NCBI GenBank assembly: GCA_030770535.1
Contig: JASVEC010000010.1
Span: forward strand, 558,001-622,000
Reading direction: 5' to 3'
Source of the DNA: Batkoa obscura
Lineage: Eukaryota
Length of the DNA stretch: 64,000 nucleotides
This document shows positions 12,445-23,797 of the stretch, in pieces (within the stretch, counting starts at the first letter, position 1; every line of letters starts with the position of its first letter). A program made the position numbers and the translations under genes. Under the pieces are notes generated by a model, which was given only the letters and a program-made list of their open reading frames with translations, did not search any database and was not told the DNA's origin.

Positions 12445-12972
12445 ATGCGCTTTCTTAATTTGAGCTTCCTTACTTTATTGTTGACTTCTGCTATTTATGG
12501 ACAATCTAATGGCGAAGACTTTAGTCATGCTGTGCTTCGTATTCTTAATGAAAGAAGAGCAGCTAGAAGCTTACCACCAATTCCATTTTCATCCAAATTA
12601 ACCAAAGTAGCTGAAGTCCATGCTCAAAATCAAGATGCAGCTAAGGTACCATTAACTCATGACTGGCATGGCGAATATGCATGCAGCATGGCTGATAGTG
12701 GAGTCTGCATGTGGGATAAGCCTCGAAGAATAGCTGGATATGAAGACGCTGGATATGAATGTGGTTATGGCGGTGGTACTGATGACCCAAAATCTCTTGT
12801 CGATTCATGGGAAGGATCCCCAATGCATGCCCAAGTCTTATTTAATGAAGGCATGTGGAATCAGCCTTGGGAGGCAGCTGGTGCTGGTAGATCAGGAAAT
12901 TATGGTTTTATGTGGTTTGGAAACCTTAAGGATGATTCTCCCAGTGGTACTCCTGAAGAAATTCACCCTTAG
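12445..12972 (+). CDS. Secreted CAP/SCP-domain protein
   Basis: Signal peptide. CAP motifs ILNERRAARSLPP, KLTKVAEVHA, SWEGSPMHAQVL, WEAAGAG...WFG. Confidence 0.88.
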   Translation: MRFLNLSFLTLLLTSAIYGQSNGEDFSHAVLRILNERRAARSLPPIPFSSKLTKVAEVHAQNQDAAKVPLTHDWHGEYACSMADSGVCMWDKPRRIAGYEDAGYECGYGGGTDDPKSLVDSWEGSPMHAQVLFNEGMWNQPWEAAGAGRSGNYGFMWFGNLKDDSPSGTPEEIHP

Positions 12973-13066
12973 CTCCTTTAAATTATTTAGATTAAAGCAA
13001 AACTAACTTGGTATTAACATTCCATTTTTAAATTCTTATTTTTTTATAAAGAAGCTTTGTGTAAAC

Positions 13067-13163
13067 GAAGATGTATTTTTTTGCTTAGGGATTTTACTAA
13101 CAACTTTTCCGCTCAAGTAGCGCTTAAAAATCGAAAAAGTAATGAAACCAAAAAAACGCCTCC
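13067..13163 (+). mobile_element. ~98-bp MITE copy
   Basis: GAAGATGTATTTTT...AGCGCTTAAAAATCGAAAAAGTAATGAAACCAAAAAAACGCCTCC-ATAT. Confidence 0.85.
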
Positions 13164-13896
13164 ATATATTTAAACCAAAAGTAAATATTTATTATAAAGT
13201 TTGTGAAGGGACTATAGACTCTGACTTCCCTTTATAAACCTTCAGGTATTTTAAATTCAACTTATTTAGTTACTTTTATTTATAAAATTTTGTATAAAGT
13301 TAAACCAGGTAATTTAATTTTTAAATATCCAGTGATAGTTGTAGTAAATTTATGTTTATCAAGTATGGATACAAGGATCATTGGGAAACTTTGCTACTTT
13401 GAAATAAATAGCTCGATTTTTAATTTAAAATATTTGAGGATTCATTTATGACTAAAGGGTATACTATATATATTGTTATGCATTATCTTCTAAAATGGAA
13501 TATCTTAAGAAAGCACTACATAGTCCTCTCAAATGATTTTATGACTTTATACAATGATAAGCCTTTTGTTTAAAAGTTTATTTTCTAAACGTTAGTATCT
13601 CTTGTACCTATATAAGCAATACCATAATTTCTTAAATTTACGATATAGTTCCATTTTATAATTGCATGTTAGAGGAATACTAAAGCCTCATGAAACCCAT
13701 ATATTCTATTAATTTTTAAAGGCTGTTAAGAATAGATCAAAACCACTAATTACTTAAAACTATATTAAGTAAATTACAGTGATCACAAAGTGCTCTTTAA
13801 TGAAAAATATCATAAACAAACTCGATTGTAGTTATTTTTTTATTTTTTTATTTTTTTATTTATTTAAAAGTGGTTAATATATTTTGAATTTCACTT

Positions 13897-14907
13897 TTAT
13901 CGAGGAATCATATATTTGATTGTTCTATTCAGATACTGTTGAGCATGTGTATTAGTAAATAAAACAAAAAGAGCGGAAACAATCCCAGAGCAACATAATA
14001 AAGAGTTTGAAACAACAGCACCCAACGGAGTAGGGCTAATATCGTAGGCTAAGTTAAGAATAGCAAATATAACGTCTGGTAGTAGACATATAATATAGCT
14101 TAATGTAAAGACAATTAGTTTAATTGTAGTAAATGTACGTTGTACTTTGTACTGTTTATCAGTATCACTAAACCGATTCAGTATTAATTTTTGATTTTGG
14201 GTAGAGTCGTCATTTAATTTAGTATGTTCACCTGGAAACTCATTCAATTTAAATACTGACGATGCGGGAATATTGATGGTAGTAGTAGGTTTAACTGCTT
14301 CACGATAAACATAAGTAACTTTGAAGTAACAAAATACAATAGTTATTAAAGACAGCATACTACGTATTACATAAGTAAAATAGAAAAATAAATAATATGG
14401 TCGATTATCAAGCCCTACCCCAGTTTCATTAATTACTGTTAAACAAAACATATTTGTGCGAGACCAGCGATAAGTATGATAGTGATAATTTCCTAAGGAA
14501 ATACTAGATGCCAATAAAATAGAGATCCCAGATATAAAGTACCAAATCCAGTCTTTAAATTCCTTTTGATGACACACCTTCAAATACCTCATTATACTTA
14601 GAACAGCTACTAGCTCAATCGATGCTCCAATTAAAGTCATAGACAAGGTTAAATCAATAGGGCACCAAACATCATTTCTCAGCTCTAAAGGGTCATAATC
14701 GATAATAATAAAACTGGCTTCAGATAAAATTATACGCAATATATTCCAAAGATAAAATACAATATCAGTGACTGAAATAATAAATATCATAGTTAAATCA
14801 CTGTTAACAAGCTTAAGTCCTAAACTTACAACAATCCCCACTGTTAGATTTAATATTAATCCTATCAAAGATAGGACCATCATACTTATTTGACCACCAG
14901 TTAACAT
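13897..14907 (-). CDS. Rhodopsin-like 7TM G-protein-coupled receptor
   Basis: Seven hydrophobic segments, TM2 Asp (SVTD), Cys at the top of TM3 (WCP), DRY-like SIMRY, ECL2 Cys (MFC), TM6 CLLP, long ICL3. First ATG is at 14907; the ORF track start at 14934 is TTG. Confidence 0.85.
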   Translation of the reverse strand: MLTGGQISMMVLSLIGLILNLTVGIVVSLGLKLVNSDLTMIFIISVTDIVFYLWNILRIILSEASFIIIDYDPLELRNDVWCPIDLTLSMTLIGASIELVAVLSIMRYLKVCHQKEFKDWIWYFISGISILLASSISLGNYHYHTYRWSRTNMFCLTVINETGVGLDNRPYYLFFYFTYVIRSMLSLITIVFCYFKVTYVYREAVKPTTTINIPASSVFKLNEFPGEHTKLNDDSTQNQKLILNRFSDTDKQYKVQRTFTTIKLIVFTLSYIICLLPDVIFAILNLAYDISPTPLGAVVSNSLLCCSGIVSALFVLFTNTHAQQYLNRTIKYMIPR

Positions 14908-17161
14908 TTTAATTATTGAAAATAGATTAAACAATTTTGAAGTGATTTAGGGTTTTTATATTACTTCAAACTATTGAGTTGTCAGCTGATTAACCAAGAT
15001 ATATTTAAAAAATTAAAAAGCATATTAAAAATATATAGTTTTAAGAGTATTCCTACCATTCTTTATTTCCAAAAATGTTTTACGCTTCCTTTAATTTTGT
15101 ATACTAAACTAGATGGCATGGAATAATACAATTTTCATGTTAATATATATATTATTATATTTTTTGGTATGTATTCAATAGTGATATTATGCCTAAACTT
15201 TCCTTAGCATTGTTTTTTTGGAATAAAAATAAATTAAAATCAAGAACAGTAACATACTGACAAAAAAAATTAAAATTCATCAGAAGAATGTTTTCTATAT
15301 TATTCATATTAATAATTATATAACAATTATTCCTTAGATTTAAAGCAAGTCTAAAGCTAAATTTCATATGTAGCCTTAAAATTAATTAATAGAATGCTAT
15401 GATCAGCTGTAAAATATATTAAATGATATTATTTCTATGGTTTGTGATTATTTCTTTCTTTTGTATTTAATATTAGAATAAAACTTAATATATACTTTTG
15501 AAATTACAAAATATTGCTATTTAAGAGGTGCCCTTTTAATTTGTTAAAAACTCTGCTATAGCCATTGTTCTTTTAATATATTAATTGGAATCAAAATTAA
15601 GTCACTTGTCAAATAACTTTATACTTTGGTTATATTTACGAAACTATAGTTAAAGGGATAAAAAATAGAAAGCATTTTATAAACAAAGAAATACAATGAC
15701 ATATAAAAGTAAAGATATATTTAACTTTTGTTATATATTACTTGAACTTACTTTGTAGTTTATTATTAATATTATTAAACTTATATTGTAAACTTTTAGA
15801 CATTTATAAGATCCCTTTTTGTTAGATAACAATCCTTTAGAAGAAATTTTCTTAGGCCTTTTCTAATTGGTTATATAGCCTTTTTTAAATTTTAAAATTT
15901 TCAATGACAGCCAATTAGAATCTGTTTACTTTTTGAAAAGTATATAAACTAAAATCACCTTATTAATATTATCTTTAACAATGTCTAGGAGCTCAGAGTC
16001 GCAATTATTTTATTTAATAAATTTGGTTGCGCTAGAGTATCCTAAGATCAATGTATAAAGACTACATTTTGTCTTTGTGACTCATTTTCTCTTGCTATAT
16101 TTGATATCTATATTACTTATACTTGAATCTGACTACTACATTCTTTGTATTATTAATAAAAATCAATTTTAATGTAACCATCATTTATAACGTTACCTTT
16201 TCGTTTGTTATTAGTAGTTCGCCAATATAATTTTTGTTAATTATAATGTTTTTTAGCAACATTTAATCGATCTATATTAAAGCCCATTGAAAATAGATTA
16301 AAAGTAATATGTATTTGGTTGTTTTGATAATACTTTCATTATTAACACTATTATAGTACAAATACTTCAATGGCAGTTTGTTATATAACTGATAGCTGCT
16401 TTTACTATTTATTAAAGTTGTTTCATTTTCATTATCTTTTATTATTTTAATGATATTTAGCATATTTCTATCTCCTTTATTGTTATTAAAGCTGTATTCC
16501 ACTGTTAAGTTTGCTCAATATTACCGTTTTTGATGGTTTTAATGATATTGTACTTAGTTGACTTACAAAATCATATCTAGTAAATTTTTTATTTATCTAC
16601 TAATTTCCTATTTTAATAATGTATTAAAAACTAATTGGAAAAAGTGATTAAGGAATTATAAAACCTTTAACTCCTTTTTTAATATTTTAATATAATATCA
16701 TCTATAACTAATTGTTTCTTTATAATAAATATGATCTAAGTTACCAAATCCAGACTTTAGTGTATTATCACTTAAATTTTGTCCTTTTAACGTATTGATG
16801 TATTAATATAAATCAAAATAGCTTTTAAAAGTTTTCATAAAGTAGCGCAGTATTACTTGGTTTCAAAAGAGTAATGAAAATGCTTAATATGACTTAGCTT
16901 ATTATATTTCTAAATACTAGTGCTTTTTTCTGATAATGTTGGACCCTAATGGGCAAGGGTTTTATTTAGTATAGATTGATGGAAAGGAAAAAGCTGAGAG
17001 GCCATTTAGCAAAAGCGGCTTAACTTCTAGAATTATAACCAAATCAAGAAGAAGCTAAGTAGATAGCTACAGCCCATACTATGCGGCAGTTTACAAAAAT
17101 ATTAGGTACTAACATAAAAAATTACACTTAAAAATAAGTTTACAATTAGACCAGATAACAT

Positions 17162-17259
17162 GGGGATGTTTTTTTGGCTTCATTATTTTTTCCATTTTTT
17201 AAGTACTGTTTGAAAGGAAAGATTATTAGTAAAATTTTTAAACAAAAAAATACAGCCCC
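17162..17259 (-). mobile_element. ~98-bp MITE copy
   Basis: GGGGATGT...ACAGCCCC termini; flanks ACAT/ATAT. Confidence 0.9.
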
Positions 17260-17755
17260 ATATAGTTGAAATACTAAGAACAACAATAATCATTGAGGCT
17301 AAAAATGGTCCCTTCAAAACTATAGCCTAAATTTTTCATACTATCTCGCTTCTAATTATTTTCTATATTAACATCATTATAAAAAATCGGTCTCTGAAAT
17401 AATACGATGATTGATTTCAAAACAAATTTATTATTAATTTATAATATATTCGATATGTTATTAATTTCAAACCAGGACTTGGAAATAAAATTAAATTAAT
17501 AATTCAAACTGATAGAATTTACGCCAATCCTTGTAGAGTTGACATCATCATTTTTTTTCTTAGTAATTGGAGCTTAAAGTTGGAGCTTTGTGATTTTTAA
17601 TGAGCAAAAAGCAGCTAATAAAATTACGATATAATAAACTAAGCCAATGAAAGAAGAAGATACAACCCATCTTCAAATTAACACTATAAGTAAAAACTAT
17701 AAAAGAGAGTGAAAAAAGAAAGAAGCTTAAACGTTTTTAAATAAAAATATTAAAT

Positions 17756-18217
17756 ATGGTTAAGGAAGTTAAAACTTTTGACGAATTCAAAACTATCATC
17801 GAAGGCGATAAATTAGTAAGTTTACTTTGCACCCTTTGTTTGGCTATTTATTTATTACTTAGGTCGTTGTTGATTTCCATGCCCAATGGTGTGGGTAAGC
17901 TTTCATTTAATTATTTATTAACTATTATTCATGATTTAATAAGACCTTGCAAAGTAATTGCTCCACAATTCCAAACTCTTTCTGAAGAACAAACTGATGT
18001 TGAATTTATCAAAATTGATGTCGATGCTGTACCAGTAAGTTTCTGATTGCTTCAAAATTAAATTAAATTAAACCTTTTATTTCAGGAAGCCGCTCAATTT
18101 GCTGGAGTAACTGCTATGCCAACCTTTAAGCTCTACAAGAGTGGTGAAAAAGTTAGTGAAGTAGTTGGTGCCAATATTAACTTAGTTAAGAAGAAGATTG
18201 GTGATGCTAAAGCTTAA
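17756..18217 (+). CDS. TRX1: Thioredoxin, 4 exons
   Basis: Spliced product MVKEVKTFDEFKTIIEGDKL|VVVDFHAQWCG|PCKVIAPQF...IDVDAVP|EAAQFAGVTAMPTF...VVGAN...KA*. WCGPC active site is split by an intron. Confidence 0.93.
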
Positions 18218-18799
18218 TAGTTTAGATTAAATTATTTGATTTTGCTATTATTTGTCATTGTTTTATATCTTAACTTATATTCATATTACGATTTAAACCT
18301 AATTATATTATCATTTATCATTTTGATTAGTTTACTATATAATAGCAATTTACTAGGCAATTTATACATATTTTATATTCATGAAGTAGCTCTTAACGTA
18401 CTTATTTAAAAGTATTGATTTAAAATAGTTATAAATAATACATTGATTAAAATAGTTTGATAGCTTTTGCGTCATAAAATAGTACAAGGATTAATAAAAT
18501 TAAAACGATGAAATATTAAATAAACCTATTAAAGTTTTGTATGTTATATTGTAATAATTGATATAAAGATTATTGATAATAAGCTACGGTTTTAGCATGA
18601 TAAGATCGAGTATAGAAAATTAAAGTATAAAACAACTAACCGCAATGTAATATTTTTAATAGTTTAAGAAAGAGCAAAAAGTTATATCAAATATTGATTC
18701 ATATGATCTCTCTTTCTATGTAACTGAATTTGATAAACAAGTTTTGAAGCATTTTTGAAATAAAAGGTAATGAAGGTAAAGTTACAAAAGTATCAAATG

Positions 18800-18929
18800 A
18801 ATAAAGAAATAAACAATCCTTATCTTCAAATGAGCATTGCAGGTATCAAACTATAAAAGAAACCAAGAACTAAAAATATTAAACATGGTCAAAGAAATCA
18901 AAGGTTTAGATGAGCTCAGAGCTATATGA
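18800..18929 (+). pseudogene. Truncated remnant of a tandem thioredoxin duplicate (promoter plus exon 1)
   Basis: ATG at 18885 reads MVKEIKGLDELRAI* versus MVKEVKTFDEFKTII. Upstream motifs ATCTTCAAAT, AAACTATAAAAGA and TAAAAATATTAAA are shared with the 17668-17755 promoter. Confidence 0.75.
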
Positions 18930-19527
18930 TTGTTCAAAAACTTTTGTAATAACTTGATAATATTTAACTACCTAACATAACTTTGTAAAATTTAATGAGA
19001 TGATATCACTGGTATTAAACTACCAGATCATTAAACTTTAGAAAGTTTTGTATTTAATGAATATTTGGTTTTTGAAGTCACAGTGTTCAAAAGTCTTGAA
19101 AAAGCAGATCTATTTTTAATAAATATGTAATAAAACATATAATTAGAATTAATTTTTTGGAAAAAATAAAACAACTGAAATAAATTAAATATGATTTTTA
19201 TTTAAAATTGGCTTTTTAAATTTAACTAATCATACATTAAACTTACAAATTAAAAACGGATTATTTTTAAATTAAAGCTAAATTAGATGTTTCCATATAG
19301 TTTTAAATAATAGTAAATATTGTATGAATTATTGATTTTATAAAGCTTAATAGAAAGTTAACAGCTTATCGTTTTTGAAAGTAAAAAATACTTATTTAGT
19401 TTTCTATTTTATTCTGAGATCTTTGGCTTATAGATATTAACTTTATCTACAATTCCTTATGACTTGATAGCAACTTAAACAAAAATATTTGAAACATTTT
19501 TATAAAATAAAATATTGAAAATCGTAA

Positions 19528-19598
19528 GCGTACATAGTATAGAGGTAGAATACTTCTCTTCCAAAGAAGTGGCCTGGGTTCGATTCCCAGTGTACGCA
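19528..19598 (+). tRNA. tRNA-Gly (TCC)
   Basis: Acceptor GCGTACA/TGTACGC, anticodon arm CTTCT-CTTCCAA-AGAAG, T-loop GGTTCGATTCC, downstream T-runs. Confidence 0.95.
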
Positions 19599-19914
19599 TG
19601 TCACCTACCTATACAATGGGTTTAACTTTTTACAGCCTTTTTTTAATCGAAAAACAGTAATCAATCAGCAATGAAAATTACAATACTTTTTAAATTGATT
19701 AAAGATAAGTAGTCTTTTTAATATAATAAAATTTGTAAACACTTGTAATCATAGAAAAAACAATTATAAAAATAACTTACTAAAAAAAAGTAATTAGTTT
19801 AAATAAGTTAATAAATTTATTTTTAAACTTTATTTAAATTAATCATTAAGCAAGCTGTTTTATGTAAATATTAGAATTATTTTTAATTATTGTGCTTTTA
19901 TATTTTAAAAGTAT

Positions 19915-20012
19915 GAGGATGTATTTTTGTGTTTAAGAATTTTACTAACAAATTTTCCACTCAAATAGTGCTTAAAAAACGGAAAAATAATGAAATCAAA
20001 AAAAACAGCCCC
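19915..20012 (+). mobile_element. ~98-bp MITE copy
   Basis: GAGGATGTATTTTT...AAAAACAGCCCC; flanks GTAT/ATAT. Confidence 0.9.
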
Positions 20013-21204
20013 ATATATTGAATTATTTTTGATATGACTTGGTTAAGTTCACCTTCAACCTTAAGTTTTTGCTTTTAAATTTTTGTTACGAGTAATATGT
20101 AGTGATTTTTAAAAAAGCACTTTTTGAATAAACTATTAAGCTTGTATATTTTTTTTAAATATATGAATTTTTATTCTTATTTTTATTTTCAAATTTTAAT
20201 TTATCAACCCAACGTCATTTTTTTTATTTTTTATTTTTCAAGTTTTAATATAATATCATTGTAAGTAAGAAAGAAAAGCTTGAAAGTTTTCTACAATAAA
20301 GACTGTGTTTGGTTTCAATATACATAAAAGTTCCATAAGTTTTTAAGATGTCTTAAAGAATTATAAAGTTTTTCTTGAAACTTTCGATTTGACTTATACA
20401 TTGAAAATTATCTAGAAAAATAAAAGATAATCAATGAGTATTTTTTATTTCATTTTGAAACCAACATGTAAACTACAAAAAGGTATAATAAAAAAATGAG
20501 CCTTTATTTAAGTTAAAATATTGTTTTAGCTAACCTAAATGGTAGACGGCTTTGCTTTATAATATATGTTTCCGTTCCAGCTTTTAGTTAATATACGACT
20601 GTTAAAATTAAAGAGTATTTTAATTTATTAGTATATAATAGAGATAGGAGATCTTTCTAAATTTGGCTAATTATAAAAAATATTTGACAATGCTCAAAAA
20701 TGCAAGGGTTTAAATCAAAAGATTTATTAATCTTTTGTTTGTAATAAATGTTTGTAGATAAATTTCAACAGATTTTAGTATATTTATTTTTATAGTAATT
20801 ACTTGTTCTTTTATAAAAGTAGTTTTATCAAAAATAAATGTATTGTTGATAGTCAAAATAATATTTATTAGATAATTTAACTAAATAAGGCTAATAAAAA
20901 ATGGTACTAAATTTTAAACTAAAGGCCAGCTTGCTCTTTTTAAAGATTAATTCATAGCCAACGAAAAAGATAAAAAGCCTAAAAAATATCAGTTAATCTA
21001 GAGCATGATGATTAAATACCCAATTTTCTATAGTTTTTTAATTTTGAGTTAAGCTAGCTCGAAAACTAACTGTCATATCAACATTAATAACATTACTGTA
21101 CCTAAATATTATAGTATATAAAGCGTTATTGTGTCTTCAAATTATTTAAAAAACAACCAAAAATATTATTATTAACCCATTAAACTCATAAATTATAACT
21201 CATA

Positions 21205-21681
21205 ATGCGTTTCTTTTTATTGTACTCTACTTTCTCTATCGCAGCTTTAAATGCTGTCAGTATTACTCCAATTAGAGCTATCCTTGGTGATGAAGATGCT
21301 TTGTTAACTCTTTGTGTTGGTAATTTAGCTGCTGCTAAAGTACCAGGTAGCCATAATATTGCTGATTTGAAAGTTGATTTAAAGGGGAATAAGAAGGTAC
21401 ATTGTGGACCTAACAATATCCCAGCATCCAAATCATTATTAGACTTGTTATTATTAGGTGAAGACTCTTGCTCTCATCTTAAGTTACTTAATACCGTCAC
21501 TTCTCAGTATGGTGAAGGTATTGGTGGGATTGACATCGTATTAAATACTATTCAACCACACTGTAAAAACCATACTCCTAAACCAAACGGTGAGACAAAA
21601 ACTGATCCTATTCCCCCAGTTACCCCAAAACCAGTTGATCCAAAGCCACCTAAGGATGATGGTAGAAGAAACTACGATTAA
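21205..21681 (+). CDS. Secreted 4-Cys protein with Pro-rich tail, paralog 1 (unknown family)
   Basis: Signal peptide, 4 Cys, Pro/Lys-rich C-terminus, TATATAAAG about 90 bp upstream, two paralogs nearby. Confidence 0.88.
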   Translation: MRFFLLYSTFSIAALNAVSITPIRAILGDEDALLTLCVGNLAAAKVPGSHNIADLKVDLKGNKKVHCGPNNIPASKSLLDLLLLGEDSCSHLKLLNTVTSQYGEGIGGIDIVLNTIQPHCKNHTPKPNGETKTDPIPPVTPKPVDPKPPKDDGRRNYD

Positions 21682-22487
21682 GGTTAACAAGTACTAATAT
21701 TAATAAAAATAGCATATTTCATTACAAATATAGATAAAATTATTAGACTTCTTTTGTTTTTTTACAACTTAAATATTACATTTTTATCTTAGTCATAACT
21801 ATCTTTTTAAACTAATTTTTAACTCTTAAAATTAAAATTGGAGTATTCTAATAGTATTATTTTTCAAGAAGTCAAGACCAGGTACTGTATTGCCACTTTA
21901 TGTAGAAAAAGTAAGAACCTTGACAAGGATTTCAAGGTTGGGAGAAGGTGGAGAATGAAAGATTTTTGAACCTGGTAAAAACCAAACTTATTGAAAATAG
22001 TATGGTGGAGATGCGCCAGTTCATGTAAATTTGGTAGCAATATTATTCAAGGAATTTGTTTAGCTATCAAAATAAAGGATGCTTAAATTTTAACAACTCA
22101 ATAGTTTGCTACAATTCTTGACATTTTCAAACATTTGTAAACAGTCTTTAGCGTCTTTATTCTATATACTTCAAACTTCTCCCAACCCCTTGGGGGTTAC
22201 TAGTTTTCGAAGAAAACGCTGCTACAGTTAACCTAAAGCGAATTTATTAAAAAGGTTCTACAAAAACATAGATAGGCAGAAAGTAAATCCTTAGAAGGAA
22301 TGAATAAGTAATTTTCAATCAGTCGTTAGTTAATGATACCTATATTTAACCTTAATATATATTTATGAATTAGAAATAACATTATTCTAAAAATAAATTT
22401 CGACTTGTTTTGAAACTGCAAAGATAAGTTAGATTTTTTTCAGTAAACTTATTGTGTAAACAAGACTGTAGGTTTGATTCAACATAT

Positions 22488-22585
22488 GGAGCTGTTTTTT
22501 TTTGGCTTCATCACTTTTTCCATTTCTTAAGCGCTATTTAAGCAAAAAGATTATTAGTAAAATTATTAAGCAAAAAAACACATTA
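22488..22585 (-). mobile_element. ~98-bp MITE copy
   Basis: ATAT-GGAGCTGTTTTTTTTTGGCTTCATCACTTTTTCC...; right end degenerate. Confidence 0.8.
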
Positions 22586-22867
22586 TATAATAATCTCTGT
22601 CTTATTGATTTTTTGATTTAAAATATCTTTTTTATTTGATTCAGTGGATTTGCAGTACTGTAAATAACCTATTGAAAAAAATTGAATTATCTTATTAATA
22701 TAATACCAATGCTAAACCCTTTTTAAAAGGAGGTATTGGCTATATATTTAATATTTTATTTAATATTTTACATTATCAAAATATTCTTTTTAAATAACAC
22801 TCTAAAGCAAATACTTTAAAACAAATAAACAATCTTAAATACAACGTAAAAGCTTAGATTATTATAT

Positions 22868-22965
22868 GGATATATATTTTTTTGTTTAAGAATTTTATTA
22901 CAATCTTTCCGCTTAAATAGGGCTTAAAAAGTGCGAAAAGTGATGAAACCAAAAAAAACACCCCT
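22868..22965 (+). mobile_element. ~98-bp MITE copy
   Basis: ATAT-GGATATATATTTT...AAAAACACCCCT-ATAT. Confidence 0.85.
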
Positions 22966-23746
22966 ATATCTTTCCATAAGCTTCCTAATAGCTTTACATA
23001 AAAATTAGTAAATTTAAAGACAATTATTTTTTAGTAAAAATCATTTGCTATTATAATCTATGCCCTGCTGCAATAAACTTACTTCCAACTGTAAGGAAAT
23101 TTATGGAAAAGTCAATGTAATTTAATGTGAATAAACAATTCAATATACTATATATAGGATTTTAATATACCCTATGCTCTTTTTAGTACTAGAAAGCGTT
23201 TATAAATCAATATGTTGGCTTATCCTTTACTATGCTAAATAAAATACCCATATTTCATTGCCTTAATAATAGTTTTATCACTAAATTTAATAATGGTTTT
23301 GAGACAGCAACTAAATTTTTTAACAAAATATAATATAGAGTCCATATTATTATAGTAAAAGCAAGGTGTTGACAGTATTTGTGTATATTAGTTTATATTT
23401 GTGTTAAAATACTGAGTTTTAAAAATAAGCTAATGCATCATGAAAATAACAACCTAAAATTTAACTTTTCAAAGTAAAATTCTTTTCATTGTTTAACTGA
23501 AAATACTGTGGCACTTAACTGTTATAAAGCAATGCTATTAATCAAAGTTTTACGAAATAATATGTAAGGCTTTCAGTTATTACTTAATCTAGAATCAAGC
23601 ACAAGATTATTTTTATTAGCAACCATTTATTCTAATAAGGAATTGAAATTTCCATTATAAGCTAATGCAATGTTTATAATAACTTTCCTTACTCGCTTTT
23701 TAACTTATATCTATTTTTATCAACACGTTGATGTAGATTCATGTGG

Positions 23747-23754
23747 TATAAATA
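23747..23754 (+). promoter_or_regulatory. Putative TATA box of paralog 2, displaced by the transposon
   Basis: TATAAATA would lie about 60 bp upstream of ATG 26267 if the element were removed. Confidence 0.5.
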
Positions 23755-23797
23755 CCTCGCTTTATCATGATATATATGTATTCAATTTCTAATATAT

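Noticed and set aside
15900..16560. Possible further transposase relic, including ORF 16272-16502
   Set aside because: Only a faint GFNI-like resemblance; no termini or catalytic motif could be supported.
19528..20012. MITE targeting to tRNA genes (also near 55137-55503)
   Set aside because: MITE density is high everywhere intergenic, distances and sides are inconsistent, and none lies next to tRNA-Gln.
21860..22330. GC-richer patch downstream of paralog 1 that looks like a decayed coding or TE fragment
   Set aside because: No recognisable motif, termini or second copy in the window.
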